A DNA stretch of 64,000 nt from Gnetum montanum (lineage: Eukaryota > Plantae > Gnetophyta): assembly GCA_015680685.1 (NCBI GenBank), contig MNCI01000673.1:246486-310485 (forward strand), written 5' to 3'. The translations under genes were made by a program, and so were the position numbers. Numbering within the stretch: the stretch's first letter is position 1; every line of letters begins with the position of its first letter. Shown one piece after another: positions 50,921-63,910 of the stretch. A model generated the notes under the pieces. The model ran no database searches. It was not told where the DNA came from and was given only the letters and a program-made list of their open reading frames with translations.

Positions 50921-53900
50921 ATGTACTTAACGAGATAAGAGCCATAGTAATTAAATCAAACTTACTTCAATACTAATTTTTTAGTTTACACATTGATTAA
51001 GTAGAATAATAAAGTAACAATAAGTAGTAAAAATAGAAATTCAATTATGGAATCAAAATAAATGCATTATGAACACAAGAAATTATCGTGGAAAAAGCAT
51101 ACAAGAATTTCATCAATGGCTCCAGCTCTTAGAAATTCTTAGAAATTCTATTCTTCTTTTCTTTGATTCTTATAATAAGTTTAGATCAAGGTTTCACAAG
51201 AGGAGGAGAAAACAACTTAAATTATGCCTCACACATTCTTTGATTTGGTAAAGATGTGTTTATAAGATCACCCAAGAATCTATTATATAGTGGTCATAAT
51301 GTGATGCTTTGGATAAAAACTAGATTATGGAGTTATAATCCATAATTAATAATGGCCAAATTGGATGTTAATAATTACATATTCTTTTGAAATATTACAT
51401 ACTTTGCATTTTGTTATTTTCAGCTAACATGCCATCAATAATTTACCAATATGAAAAATATTATAACATGAATGTGTATTAAACTTCAAATTAACAACAC
51501 ATGTAATATGTAGTTTAGTCTTAGACTAATAAATTAATCCATGTACATGGTAGTTTGTTATTTGCTTTGAAAATTTGGAAAACTACACATGACAAGAATT
51601 CACATATTTGAAAGTGAGTGTGGTGTATGTTGGTCCCCTTGTTTATAGGTTGATGTGTGGAGTAGATAATCTGGTTTAGTTAGATTTTTGTTTTGAAAAT
51701 AGAATCTATGTATGATGTGTAGTCTATGATGTTTGAATTTCTTGTGCTTACTAACATGTATTGTAGATCAAAATGCCATTCCCCTAGCCACCATGATAGT
51801 TTTCCTTGATTCAACCATAGAACATGTTAAGTTTTCTCACTTAGTATATATTGACCCCATTCCCTTCTTTATTTCAAGTCACTAGGGATAGATGACATGG
51901 AGATCTTTGTTATTTTAAGTGATCTTTAGATTTTATGCATGTTTACTTTCCAAAATTTGTCTATTTGTAGTTTGGTATTATCATAACATTATGTAGACAT
52001 GTATTATATCATTTTGTTTTATGCATTATGTATTTAGACTATGAATATTTTATGTATGGTTGAACATATTATAGTATTGCTAGATATTTATTATTATACT
52101 TCATATCTTTATATTTATATTTCTTTATCTCTATTTAGTTTTTAATTCTTTTTTTATATTCATGTTAATTAATTATATTCTCTATCTTTTACTATAAACA
52201 TTTATTCTTTTTATTTTGATCATGATTTCAACATATTTTCTTTCACTTCCTTATCATTATATTAGTTTATTTTGAATTTTATTTGATTTTTCATGACAAA
52301 TAATTTGTTAAGGTTCTATATCTAACTTAATTCTCTCCAACCTAAGACTAAGAAGAAGGGTATCACATCTTACCTTCACTTCTAATGATGGTCTCTAAAA
52401 GGAATACTCTCTTTAAGGAAAAATGAATGCAACAATTAGAAATCAGAAATAAATTGTAACAAAATATTATAGCTTTTTGAGCTTAAATCTATCATAACCA
52501 GCTTAGCCTTATCCTCATAAAATAAATTAATATTATAAGATATGAATTAATCCCTTAACCTTCATTAAAAGTTTCCTTGCTAAAGTTTGTAACTAAAAAG
52601 AAACATCTTTAAGAATCAAATGTTTGACTTTTGAATGAAGATCATAATTATGTTTTTGTAGTTAAAATATAGTTATACAATAAATATTCTAAATATAATA
52701 AAGAACAAGAGATTGGATATATTTCTAAATATAGAAAAAGGCCAAAGATAAAGTAGGTTAATCACCACAAATTATATCATTAATTTTTGATTGATAGCCA
52801 ATTGCAAAATTTACATGTTCATTTCAAAGCATGTTATGCAATTGGGCACTCATAAAAACATATGAAAATGTATCTTTACTTTCACAAAGAGTGTATCAAG
52901 GAGAAATAGTTCCTATGTTCTAAAGAAAAATGATACTAGGAAGGTCTTGATGTATTAAACATCATATACAATTCAAATTTTTGGATAAGTAAGAATTTTC
53001 AAATATTTTTTATTTTTCTCATCTAAGATTATCCTGATAATTACAGTCTTCAAGATTTACTAAATTTGTTATAAATAATATCATTCTTGGTAATTATCTC
53101 ATATGCAACTTAAAGTTTAAAAGAAAAAATAGATCTATCATCCTTCCAGAAAATATCTAAAAAGAATGATGCAAATTTTTATTAATTTTAGTTATATTAC
53201 CAAGATTAAAAAATAATTTTTTTAAAAAATTTTGTTCTCATTCTATTCAAAAGCTAGAGGATAAAATTTGCCTTTCATGAAAGCTATCTATCATGAATTC
53301 ATAAATAGGAGAAACTATAGTAATTTCTAATTTTCTCCAAGTAGTGAATAATTTGGATGAATGAGTAGCCTAAGCTTTTTAATTAAACGAAAGTTATCAT
53401 AGAATAATTTTATAAAGAATTTATTCTATAAATCTAATACAATTATAGAAACTTTTGGAACTTAAATTTTTTTTAATAATTTTTACTTCCAAGATATAAA
53501 GTTTAGTTAGAAATTTATAACTCAATATTACCTACTAGAATTGAAGCCATAGCTTGAAGCCATCAAATGAAGATTTTTACCACTAAGATAATACCTAACT
53601 ATAATATAATTGTAGTTTTCATACTTATAAGCAATTAAAAAATTTTAAAGCATACATTATGCTTTTAAATTTTTTTAATTACTAGAAAACCAAGAATAGA
53701 GATAGATTGAGGAAAAAGAAAATAGTGAAAAATATTCACTTATTGAAGTTTCTAAAAAGTCTTGGTGTTTTTGGACCTTCACTTTGGAAATGACCATTTG
53801 CATTTTAGCCAAAAAAGTGTTAAATGATTATTTAATTCTTGAAGCTCTTGTCCAAGCTCTTGATTTATCTTCTCCTTAGGAATAATACCTTTTATAAAGC

Positions 53901-56900
53901 TAAAGGTAAAATCTTAAAGAGAAAAGAAATTGCATCTTCATTACACTCTATGTTATGGTTTAGTACCTTTTTACCTTAAATTGAAAGGATATAAAAACCT
54001 AGTCTTTGAAGAAAATTGGTGCTCAAAAATCACAAAAGAAAATTTATCTTACTAGATCAAAGAAATACTTATCATTCTTAGGTCATTTAAGTTGTAAGTA
54101 AATGTAAAGCTTCAATATTCTTTAAAATTTCTTCAAAATCTTGATGAAGATAAAAAATTCATGTGTGAAAAACATCCAAATCAAGCACTCTATTATCAAT
54201 TTGGTGTGGAGCCTACCTTAATAGACCTCAAAATGACACATTGCATAAGTTTCCTAAGAAAGTTAAGCTTAGAAAATAAGAACAGTATAAAGGAATGAAG
54301 AAAATTCTCTCTTTCATTAATACAACTTTTAAAATATAGAGAAATACATTAGAGATAAGGAGCCAAGCTCAACTCATAGCTTTCCCAGGGACCTTAGTGG
54401 TCACACATATCTCCTCTTAATCCTTAATTGCTCATACTTGGAGCATAATCTCAAGAGAAAAATCTTATAAGAGATTCTCTTAGCCTCTCTCAAGTGTTGT
54501 TCCTTACCTTTCACTCAAATGGAGATAATGTTCTAGTACAAGCTCTTCCTTACTTGCACTCAAACTCTCTTGCATAAGTTTTTTTCTTCTATAAGCTCTT
54601 AAGAGACCTTTTAAATATCTTACTTAACTTTCTTGATCAAAGCCAGGTCTTGGACACTTATTTAAAGTTTCTTATATGATATTTCATCTTTCTTTACATT
54701 AAAAAAAAATACAAATTAATTTCCATTTTTTACTAGAGTAGATATTTTATGGTTAGAGAAAATGCCTTTCCTAAGTGAAAATGAGTTATGTGAGATGTCT
54801 TACATCTAGTGTAGATGTTTTTATTTGAAATTAGATGTATATCTTGCAAATAAGATGTCTATCTTGGAAAGAAGATATCTATACTCTAGAGGATACATCT
54901 ATCCTAGTAAGGAAAAAAATAAAGATGTTTATTTTAAGGTCTAGAACATATGGGCATCTCCAAATAGGTCCCCATTGATCTCAAAACTCTCCAAACACAT
55001 TCAAGGTTTTCAAAACATCCTAGAATCATCACCAATAAGAATAATATAAGAAGAGATATACAAACAAGGTATACATACCTAAAATCCAGTGAGGATTATG
55101 CAAGGATAATGTGATGTTTTCATTAATAGGTAAAGTGGTAGGCATCCATAAATAGACACATTGAGATAAGAAAAAAATGTAGAAAAACATAAAATATGGA
55201 TAAGATAATTATAATAGTCTAATGTGTTCTAAATCTAAGCTATACACTAATGAAAATAGTATGAATTTATAATGACCAAGGTAGACATACAAATTACAGT
55301 AGTAACAATACATATAATTAATTTGTAAATACAAAACAAATAACAAGAGAAAATACATTAACATCCAAAAAGTGTTGGGCACTAATGTTGCATAACTCAC
55401 TAATAATAGTTCATGTTAATAACATAACATAATAACTTATGAATAATATTTGGCTTGCATAAGAAATAAGAAAAATACCATAATCTAGTTGAACATTGCA
55501 GCATAGAGTTGAACTTAAAATGAAATCCAAGTCTTAATGTAACATCCAACGCATGAATTAATCATCAGTAGTCTCAGATAAGTCCTCTCCATCTAAGTTA
55601 ACATAATCACTTGAAGCACATAAAAGGGCAAAAGAAATCAATCCTAAGATTGAGTTTGATAAAAAAGCTAAAAAAATACTCCCTTATGGGCTTGGTTGAA
55701 GATACCTAATAGTTGACCAGTCATGCACAATGGTAGCTACAATAAATAGTAGCCAAACCAACCAAACCAAAGTAAAAACAAGAAGTGATTATTAAGAAAA
55801 TATAAAATCAGTTAATTGTTAAATAATAAGTTTTAACTACACCACCGTCCTCCAAGCCAAATAAAGTTCAAACTTAAATTAATGATAGTTAATCAAATTG
55901 ACCACATGAGTACCCTACTCACTAGTGACCTAACTAGATACATAGTCATTACAAAGAAAATGATACTTACCATGATATGATTTATAGTATAAGAATATAG
56001 ATTAACATCATGAAATGATCACTAGAAATAAAATAGTACAAAATGTTGGCCAAACCAATTGTAAGTTCAAATATTGAAATTCTAAATGAATATGAAAGCA
56101 AACAAACATCTTGGGTGATGGAGTGAAGAATTTAATATATAGTCAAATGACGAATGATATTTGCTAACTGAATGCTATTATGATAATTTTTTCTAAATAT
56201 ACACATATCCAAACAAAATATTTCAAGGTACAAACTAAGATATAATTATCAAACTAATGAATTTGAAGTAACAAATGGAGCCAAAATAAAAATATAATAT
56301 AATATGAAAACTAATAAAATATTAATTTATTTTCTAATAAGAAATCTAAATTTCTTGGGATTATTCTAGGTTCTTAAAATTACCAAAATCCTAATAGTTT
56401 TCATTTCCTAGCTTTTAAGTAATCCCAGAGCTCTAAAAATGATGCTTTTGATCATTTTCTTAATTTTTAGTTACTAAGAGGATAGTGTATTGTCTGAAAT
56501 TGTCGGTGCCCGATTGGAATGAAAATGGAACTGAGTGATCCAGAGACTAGTACAGAAGACCCTACCTTTGCTTGAGGGCGAGCTAGGACTGATGAAGGCA
56601 GAGTACCTTGGGTGGTCCACACGCGGATCAGACAAGGATTTTCCCAAACATATGCCAATGCACAATACGCTAGGTTATATGTAAACGGTGTAATAAATGT
56701 AAACTAGAATGTAAGCATGTAGAGATGTAAACAAGATGTAAACCAATATGAAAAAAAACTTGTAACAAATCTTAGCCAAAAATTCAGGAATGAATGAGAA
56801 CTATAACAAATCTTGCCCAAAATACAGCAATATTATTGTGTAATGAAAATTACAATGCACCAGTCTAGACCCAGTTGTGAATCTGACACAAGGTGGACGA

Positions 56901-58202
56901 AGAGCCCCAATGGATGCAGCAGGGTGATGATGTGCTATTTTAGGTTGTAGGCATAGCATGAAGACTATGTGCTTAGCGTGTAGGGTAGAAGTCCAATGTG
57001 TAGGGTGGGTGTTTTCGATGCTCTAAGTGTGGATTGCCCAGATTTTTGCCTAGATTTTTCAATTTTTGAACCCTGATCTGGTCAAAAATCTTAGTTTTTG
57101 TATGGGTTTGGGTGCCAAATTTGGATTTGAGATGGGATGATTGGCTGTGGGATGCTAGAATGTCGAATCGGGTGACACGTGGAGTGTCGACTGGGTGCAA
57201 AAGAATGAAGCTTTACAAGTGTGTAGCATGCTAGCATGTACACGCTGGGTGTATACGCTAGGCGTGCAGGCTAGTGTGTGGGCATGAAAACTACAATTTT
57301 GTAGCCTAATATTGTACACTGAAGCTGGATCCTTGTTTCTTAAGTGTTTCTAGTCCTTCGAGGTGTCTGGGGGCTCATTTTGGCTTCACTTTGATAGATT
57401 TTTGGGCACGTTTCTGGTGTGCACACTATGGTGTACGCTAGGCGTGCACACTGGGCATGCATGCTAGGCGTGCACGCTGGGCATGCAAGCCAATGTGCAG
57501 GCATGAAACTACCACTTTTCAAGGTTAAAACTTGATTTTTGGGAGCCAAGGATGATGCCTGATGGTTTCTTTGCCTCTGGGAACTAATTGCCTATGAAAA
57601 TCATGATCTGAGTGTCTGTTTTGATCTATCTATGAGGGTACACGTTGGGCGTGCAGGCATGAAAACACATCATTTGGAGGCCAAAACTTGATTTTCAGGA
57701 GTCTGAGAGTTGCTAGGGACCTTGGGGAAGGTCCTAGGGAGTCTAGACCTTCTTTTGTGGCTTGTTTTAGTGAGTTTTTGGGGCCCAAAAGTTGCTGTAT
57801 GCTGGGCTGTATGCTGGGCGTGCAAGCCTGTGTGCAAGCAGTATACTTAGTCAAAACTAAGTGTTTTGAGCTTGGGACTATCAGTTTCTTATTTGTAGAT
57901 GTTGATGCAATTTCCAATTGATCTCAGGGAACTTTTACTTTCTTGATTGAACTCCGTTTGATGCTATTTGTGAAGTTTGCAAGTTTCGGTCATGCTAGGA
58001 AGCATCATGACTTAGCTCGATTCTTGTCTGAAAGTGTTAGGTCCAAATTTTTGTGGTGTTTAATTGGTCCCTCTTTGTTGAAACTTGAAAGAATTGACCC
58101 AAGAGGCATCGACAAAGAAGTATAAAATGCCACAAGCAAACTGGTAGCAAGCATTGTCCTTTGGCACTTGGCTAGATGTCATCGCACCGTGTTCAGAAGT
58201 AC

Positions 58203-58320
58203 TGGGATTGGGGAATGAAGTTTTGAGATGATATCTAGAGGAGATGTTTGCAACTATGGGATTGGGGAATGAAGTTTTGAGATGATATCTAGAGGAGATG
58301 TTTGCAACTATGGGATTGGG
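58203..58320. repeat. 54-bp perfect tandem duplication (2.2 copies) in the 3' UTR of I
   Basis: TGGGATTGGG recurs at 58203, 58257 and 58311; the first two units are identical. Confidence 0.92.
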
Positions 58321-59559
58321 AATTGATTAAGGGATTGTGCTAGTGTGGGAGAGGAGTATTCATCTTATGTAAAAAAGTCATGTTGTTCCTTGTTGATGGC
58401 CAACATTTGGCAGACTTGGGACCAAGGCATGAGGAGTACGTCCTTCGGAGGAATGAGACTCTTGTATCATGTTTGAGAGAACTTGTTGTCACAACCAAAG
58501 CCACACAATGAGGTGATGAATTCTTTGGAGAAACAGGACCCTTGTGGAGTGTCTAAGGGAAACCATTATCTGACAGCCAAAACCATGCAGTGAGGTGAAA
58601 CATGATGGTTTGAGACATGAGTACTTCTTTCCAAGACAACTACCTTCCCACCTGGGGCTTGTATGGGAAGTGCCAAGGGTCTTGTGGTTCATTTTGCTCT
58701 TTTCCCTTTGATCTTTTCTTTTCATTTTCTTTTTTTTTTTATTTTTGGAAAAATATTTCTTTCAATTTTGCACTCATGCTCATGTGTCGTGTTGTGTGTT
58801 GCAACTACTTGAGATTGTTGTAGCGTGCAATAGTGTGATCAAAGTTTTCAGGTGTACTAGGTGTATCTGGGAACTGTAACCGGGTAGGAAAGGAAACGAG
58901 AGTGTTGGGGAAATGGAGAATGTATTGGGAACTGAGAATGTGCTTTTGAACAGATTGATTAACCTAGTTGCGTGGGTTAAAAATAATGTGGCACCTTGTC
59001 ACCATGATGAAGTGTATTCATGTACGAGCAACATTGGGAGTCATCCTGCAAACACAACTCCAAGAAGACAAGGAAACCACACGTGGTTGAGTTAGTGAAC
59101 ACTTTAGACACGAATGTGGCTGATGCAAATGGAGGCATCATGTGAAACTTGAGGCAAACAAAATGAGCCGCAATAATGTTGTCAGAGCCGATGTGATGAA
59201 TGATGCAACAAGTGTTGATGAAGAAATGTGATGAATTCCAGCAGCATGTGAATGTGCTAGAGATGATCTTGCTAGTTTATAGTCTTAGCAGATTGTCGTG
59301 GGTTAGTTTTGCATCATAACCCGTTGGACGTTGCCAGTTTATCATCGTAGCAGATGGTACGATGCTAGTTTATAGTCGTGGAGGACTATGAAGAGGCAAG
59401 CTATTTTATAGTCTTAATGGACTCTGGTGAATGAGTGTGAGAGGTTAGTGTCATGTCGGACAAAGCTCTATGGTGTTGGTTTATCATCATGACTCCAGGA
59501 TGTATCTGCAATATTAGTTTATCGTCATGATGCTTGGACGAATACATACCTTAAGATCA

Positions 59560-60733
59560 TTAGACGTGGAATGGTTTCAGGTACACATGATTTGTGGGAT
59601 TGGCCAATTTATTTCCATCCATGTTTGCTAGTTTGAACACTCCATTACCGTATTCTTTGGTGACCAAGTAAGGCCCTTCCCAGTTGGTTGAGAACTTATC
59701 CGTGTGTTCATGAACCGCCTTAAGTACAAGGTCTCCTTCCTTGATCAGATGCTTATGGATGTCGTGTTGATGGCGTCATCATTGTTGCTTTTGGTACCAC
59801 TCTATTTGATCAAGTGTTCGTGTGCACTCTTCTTCCACCAAATCAAGGTCAACAATGTGCAACTCGTTGTCCTGACCTTCGTCGAGGAGTCTGGATAGTG
59901 TGATCCTTAAGGATGGTACCTGCAACTTGAGAAGTAAGACATCTTCTGAAACATAAACAAGACTATATGGTGTTTTACCTGTGGATGTCCTATGCATTGT
60001 TCTGTATGCCCATAGTGCATAAACTAGCTGCTCGTGCCATCTTCGTTTGCTCTGATGAAGCATTTTTCTTGAGCACCATGATGACATTTTTATTTGTGGC
60101 TTCTGCTTGTCCGTTGCTTTGAGGATAGTAAGGTGATGAAAATGAGTGTTTAATACCTAAGCATTCATAGAATGTTTTTGTTTCAACACTGCTGAATTGT
60201 GGCCCGTTGTCAGTGATGATGTTTATCGGGATGCCAAAACAAGTCACAACATTTTCGAGGATAAAGTTGCATACTTGTTTCAATATGGTCTTCCTAAGAG
60301 GGATAGCTTTTACCCATTTTGTAAAGTATTCAATTGCGGTTATGATGAAGCTATGTTCTGCCAAAGATGAGGGAGTTATTGGTCCAATGATGTCTAATCC
60401 CCACTTCTAGAAAGGCCATGTGATTTTAGCCGTATGCAACTCATTGGGTGGAACATGTATAAGATTACCATGCTTTTGACATGTATCGCACGTTCTGACT
60501 TTGGAGAAATAGTCGTATTCCATATGTGGCCAATAGTACCCTAGGCATCTTATTTCGGTTACCATTGCTTTGGGTGCTATGTGCCCTCCGTAGAGCCCCT
60601 CATGAACTTGATCCATGATGATTTGGCCATCGGTGCTATTAATGCATACCAGTAAAATACCTTCATAGGATCTACGACATAACATATCCCCTACTAGTGT
60701 ATACTACCAAGAGCGTTTTCGCACCACTTCCTT
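59560..60733 (-). pseudogene. Element I integrase (HHCC + DDE core + GPY), disrupted
   Basis: VHEGLYGGH..GYYWP..CDTCQ, EYFTKWVKAIPL, IITDNGPQF, SSPYYPQSNGQAEATNK, LWAYRT, NWEGPY; stops and frameshifts. Confidence 0.93.
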
Positions 60734-63037
60734 CTATGCATTCGTTAGATGTTGAGGTGGTTCACCATGCAAAAGGTATTCTTTGATGTCATCGTACCAT
60801 TCTATGATGTGTGTCATGCTAAGGGATGCTATGGGAAGTTCATGAGGAGCGTCAGTTATGAGCTTGTTGCAGCTCATGATAGAACTAGGTAATGCATGAA
60901 ACATGTTCGGTGAGATGTTTAGAGCTAATGTGGCTAATGCGTCTGCGATGGTATTATCGTTTCTAGGGACATGTTGTAGTTCTACATTTATAAACTGTTT
61001 CAGCAAGTGTTTTGTCAAGTCATAGTAGGGTTGTAGATGGGATTCTTTACATGCATAAACATCTTTGACTTGGTTTATGATTAACTGTGAGTCGCCCCTA
61101 ACTACGAGACGTGTGATGTTTGAAGCTTGTGTTGCCATAAGGCCTCTAAGGAGACCTTCATATTCTGCTATTTTATTGGTGCAAGGAAAGTTAAATCGGT
61201 AAGAAAAGGGTTGGACTTCCCTAGAGGGATATGTGATAATGGAAGTGGCACTTCCACCTCGGGAGGTGGATGCTCCATCGAAGTTTAATATCACATCATA
61301 GTCATCGGGCACTATGTCAATTGTGCTTACATTTTCATCTGGGAATTCTAGATTAATCGTTGCTTGATCTTGTATTGGTGATGCGGTCATCTGATTGACC
61401 ATAGCTTGACCTTTGATGGATGATTGGGCTATGTAATGCAAGTCGAACTCAACAATCATTGCCTTCCAGCGAGCTATCTTGCTTGATTCGTACATGCTGT
61501 TTGTGATAGCTGTGAGCTCGTTGTCTTTACAAATGATATTTACTTGGTTATGGAAAAGAGAATGTCGCCGCTTCCTTAAAGAGAAGATAAGGGCAAGGCA
61601 TGATCTCTCCATGTCATTATAACGTTGCTTGTGGGCTACTAATGCATGGCTCAAATAGTAAATAGGAACCTCAGTCCCATCATCCCGTTTTTGGCAAAGC
61701 ATAGACGCGATTGATGAATCCATTGTGGAAAGGTAGATGTAGAATGGTTTATTGCTTTGAGGTGGATAAACTGTTGGTAATTGAGTGAATGCCGTTTTGA
61801 TATTTTCAAAAGCTTCCTGACATTGTGGGGTCCATTGAAACTGTACACTCTTGTGTAACAAATGGTTCATGGGTTTCAATTTATCAGTCAATTTTTCAAT
61901 GAAGTGCCTAATGAACTGTAATCTACCTTGTAGGCCTTGAAGTTCAGTAAGGTTGGTTGGTAGTTGCAATTTTGTGATAGCCCTCACCTTATCAGGGTCT
62001 ACTCGAATTCCTACTTCTGAAACTATGAACCCAAGCATCTTGCCTGATTTGACCCGAAAGACACATTTTTTTGGGTTCAGTCTAAGCTCATATTTTAAAC
62101 AACGCTTAAGTACCAAGTCTAGGTCTTGTATATGCTGCTCTTGTATCTTTGATTTAACAGCTATATCATCTACATAATCATTGAGCGAGTGAAGGAGGTA
62201 ATCACTAAAGATGAAGGTCATTGCTCGTTGATACATAGCACCAGCATTCTTTAAGCCAAAGGGCATCGTTGTGTAACAAAATGTTCCCCATGGTGTCATG
62301 AAGGTTGTCCTAAGTTGATGTTCAGGGTAAATCCAGATCTGATTATATCCTGAGAAGACATCCATGAAAGATAACAGTGCATGCCTAGCGGTTGAGTCAA
62401 CCAGTTGATCAATACTAGGTAGTGGAAAATCATCTTTTATGGTCGCTAAGTTGAGGTCCCAGAAGTCAATGCATAGGTGAATGCTCCCATTTTTCTTAGG
62501 GAAAATGACCATGTTGGATGCCCAATCAGCGTAGTCAACAACGTGAATGAAACTAGCTTGATAAAGTTTGGTGATCTCACTGTGAACTGCCAATGCTATC
62601 TCAGGTATGACTTTACATGTTTTTTGTTTCACTGGTCTTAACTTCGGGTCGAGTATGATGTTATGTTGGACTATTCGACGGTCAAGCCCAGGCATGTCAG
62701 TATAAGACCAAGCGAATGCTTTGATGTTACTTTTTAGCATTGTTGCTATGTCATTGGAGAGTTGTGGGTCTAGTAAAGTACTTAGTTTTAGTGTCTTGAC
62801 TTCGCTGTTTAGCATAGTGATGGGGGTTTCAATTAATGGGTCCTCGGTGATGTTATCGGCTTCAATATCCAGCGATTTCATCATGTTCTGAAAGCATTCT
62901 ATAGTTTCCTCTGTCGATGCCATGGAGTTTTTGTAAGTCGATGTGTCTAAATCAATGGACTTGCTGTTCATCTCCTGTTGGATAGGTCCGTATGGTCCAT
63001 CGATGAACAATGGTGTGAATAGTTGCTTACTATCCAT
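60734..63037 (-). CDS. Element I pol fragment: reverse transcriptase, RNase H/tether, additional archaeal-type RNase H (aRH)
   Basis: 767-aa ORF with LCIDFWDLN, DVFSGYNQI, MPFGLKNAGA, YVDD, then LNFDGAS..TNKIAEYEGL..GDSQLII..VPRNDNTIADALA. Ends at a premature stop before INT. Confidence 0.95.
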   Translation of the reverse strand: MDSKQLFTPLFIDGPYGPIQQEMNSKSIDLDTSTYKNSMASTEETIECFQNMMKSLDIEADNITEDPLIETPITMLNSEVKTLKLSTLLDPQLSNDIATMLKSNIKAFAWSYTDMPGLDRRIVQHNIILDPKLRPVKQKTCKVIPEIALAVHSEITKLYQASFIHVVDYADWASNMVIFPKKNGSIHLCIDFWDLNLATIKDDFPLPSIDQLVDSTARHALLSFMDVFSGYNQIWIYPEHQLRTTFMTPWGTFCYTTMPFGLKNAGAMYQRAMTFIFSDYLLHSLNDYVDDIAVKSKIQEQHIQDLDLVLKRCLKYELRLNPKKCVFRVKSGKMLGFIVSEVGIRVDPDKVRAITKLQLPTNLTELQGLQGRLQFIRHFIEKLTDKLKPMNHLLHKSVQFQWTPQCQEAFENIKTAFTQLPTVYPPQSNKPFYIYLSTMDSSIASMLCQKRDDGTEVPIYYLSHALVAHKQRYNDMERSCLALIFSLRKRRHSLFHNQVNIICKDNELTAITNSMYESSKIARWKAMIVEFDLHYIAQSSIKGQAMVNQMTASPIQDQATINLEFPDENVSTIDIVPDDYDVILNFDGASTSRGGSATSIITYPSREVQPFSYRFNFPCTNKIAEYEGLLRGLMATQASNITRLVVRGDSQLIINQVKDVYACKESHLQPYYDLTKHLLKQFINVELQHVPRNDNTIADALATLALNISPNMFHALPSSIMSCNKLITDAPHELPIASLSMTHIIEWYDDIKEYLLHGEPPQHLTNA

Positions 63038-63169
63038 GCTTGCCCCTGCTAAGTCACAAGAAGCAACGTTAACAAGGGGGGTTTGCTAGTTGTTTTATGA
63101 TGCTAATTCAAATACTTGAATGTGGTTGAAGTATGCTAAAGTGGGTTCATTGTCTCACTTAGCCACATG

Positions 63170-63298
63170 GTAGTTTAAGGCCTTACCAGGCCATTTGCGG
63201 CAGTTTAATGCCTTACCTGGCCATTCGTGGCAGTTTAAGGCCTTACCGGGCCATTTGCAGCAGTTTAAGGCCTTACTAGGCCATTCGACAGTTTAAGG
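63170..63298. repeat. 30-bp tandem repeat, ~4.3 copies
   Basis: GCAGTTTAAGGCCTTACCNGGCCATTYGYR units at 63170, 63200, 63230 and 63260, plus a partial fifth. Confidence 0.92.
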
Positions 63299-63741
63299 AT
63301 TCTAGTTGATTATACAATTCGTAATGCTTGTTAAGTGTGGAACTATGAGATGAAGAGTATGTATCAAGGTGTTTAATGTATGTTTACATACTCCTCTATC
63401 TACTCGAAGTATGTTTATGTTTAATGATTAAAATGCTGATTTCCTAGAGGATGGGGTGGTGTGGATAGCATGGGGGTGCAGTTAAACTGAAACAAATGGT
63501 GGCATAAACACCAAGGTCGAACCAGGGACAGCGTGAACTTCTTAGCATGAACCCAAGCGTGAACCAGAATGTGAACCCAGAGTGTGGGGATTAGGTAAAA
63601 TAGGCGGAGGAAGGTGCAGATATGGTGTCAATAGAGGTAGCAAGGGCGACACTGATCGGAGTGTGACGATTCGGGTGAACGAGTTTTGGCGTGAAGTTGT
63701 GCTCCAGAGAATCACTTAGCGTGCATGGGGGTGGAAACTCG

Positions 63742-63910
63742 AGCGTGAAGAGTCTGCACGCCACAACGTGGACCTCTCCAAACATAGTGTGAACCTTAGC
63801 CAAACCCCAGTGTGAAGAGCCTGCACGCCGTAGCGTGGACCTCTTCAAACATAGCGTGAACCTTGGCTAAACCCCAGCGTGAACCTCGGCCAAACCCTAG
63901 CGTGAAGGCA
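63742..63910. repeat. 67-bp duplication with nested ~23-bp AGCGTGAACC sub-repeats
   Basis: AGCGTGAAGAGTCTGCACGCC (63742) / AGTGTGAAGAGCCTGCACGCC (63809); further AGCGTGAA units to ~63910. Confidence 0.85.

Larger units (their letters stand above)
34840..51496 (-). mobile_element. Element E: degenerate Ty1/copia element split by D
   Basis: LTR pair ~34840-35351 and ~50979-51496. RNase H reads ..NNQSAI (48381+) | LSRNPRFHARTKHI (35619-) across the D insertion. TSD not recognisable. Confidence 0.85.

Noticed and set aside
33918-52367. Tekay-like solo LTR (..GACATCCC / GGGTATCACA) hosting element E
   Set aside because: The left end lacks TG and sits in a TCATGA repeat field, and there is no TSD. 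Possible but unsupported.
52400-56460. Genes or defined elements in the AT-rich right-hand region
   Set aside because: Only decayed repeat-like sequence (an AGATGTCT array at 54790-54930 hints at an old LTR); no termini, TSD or protein motif could be established.
56584-56620. Hammerhead ribozyme (retrozyme) at CTGATGA in the I LTR
   Set aside because: No GAAA after the putative stem II. The TGATGA motifs in A/B/C are simply LTR termini.
59270-59540. CRISPR-like repeat-spacer array
   Set aside because: Repeats are short and degenerate, spacing is irregular, there are no cas genes, and the context is a plant retrotransposon 3' UTR.
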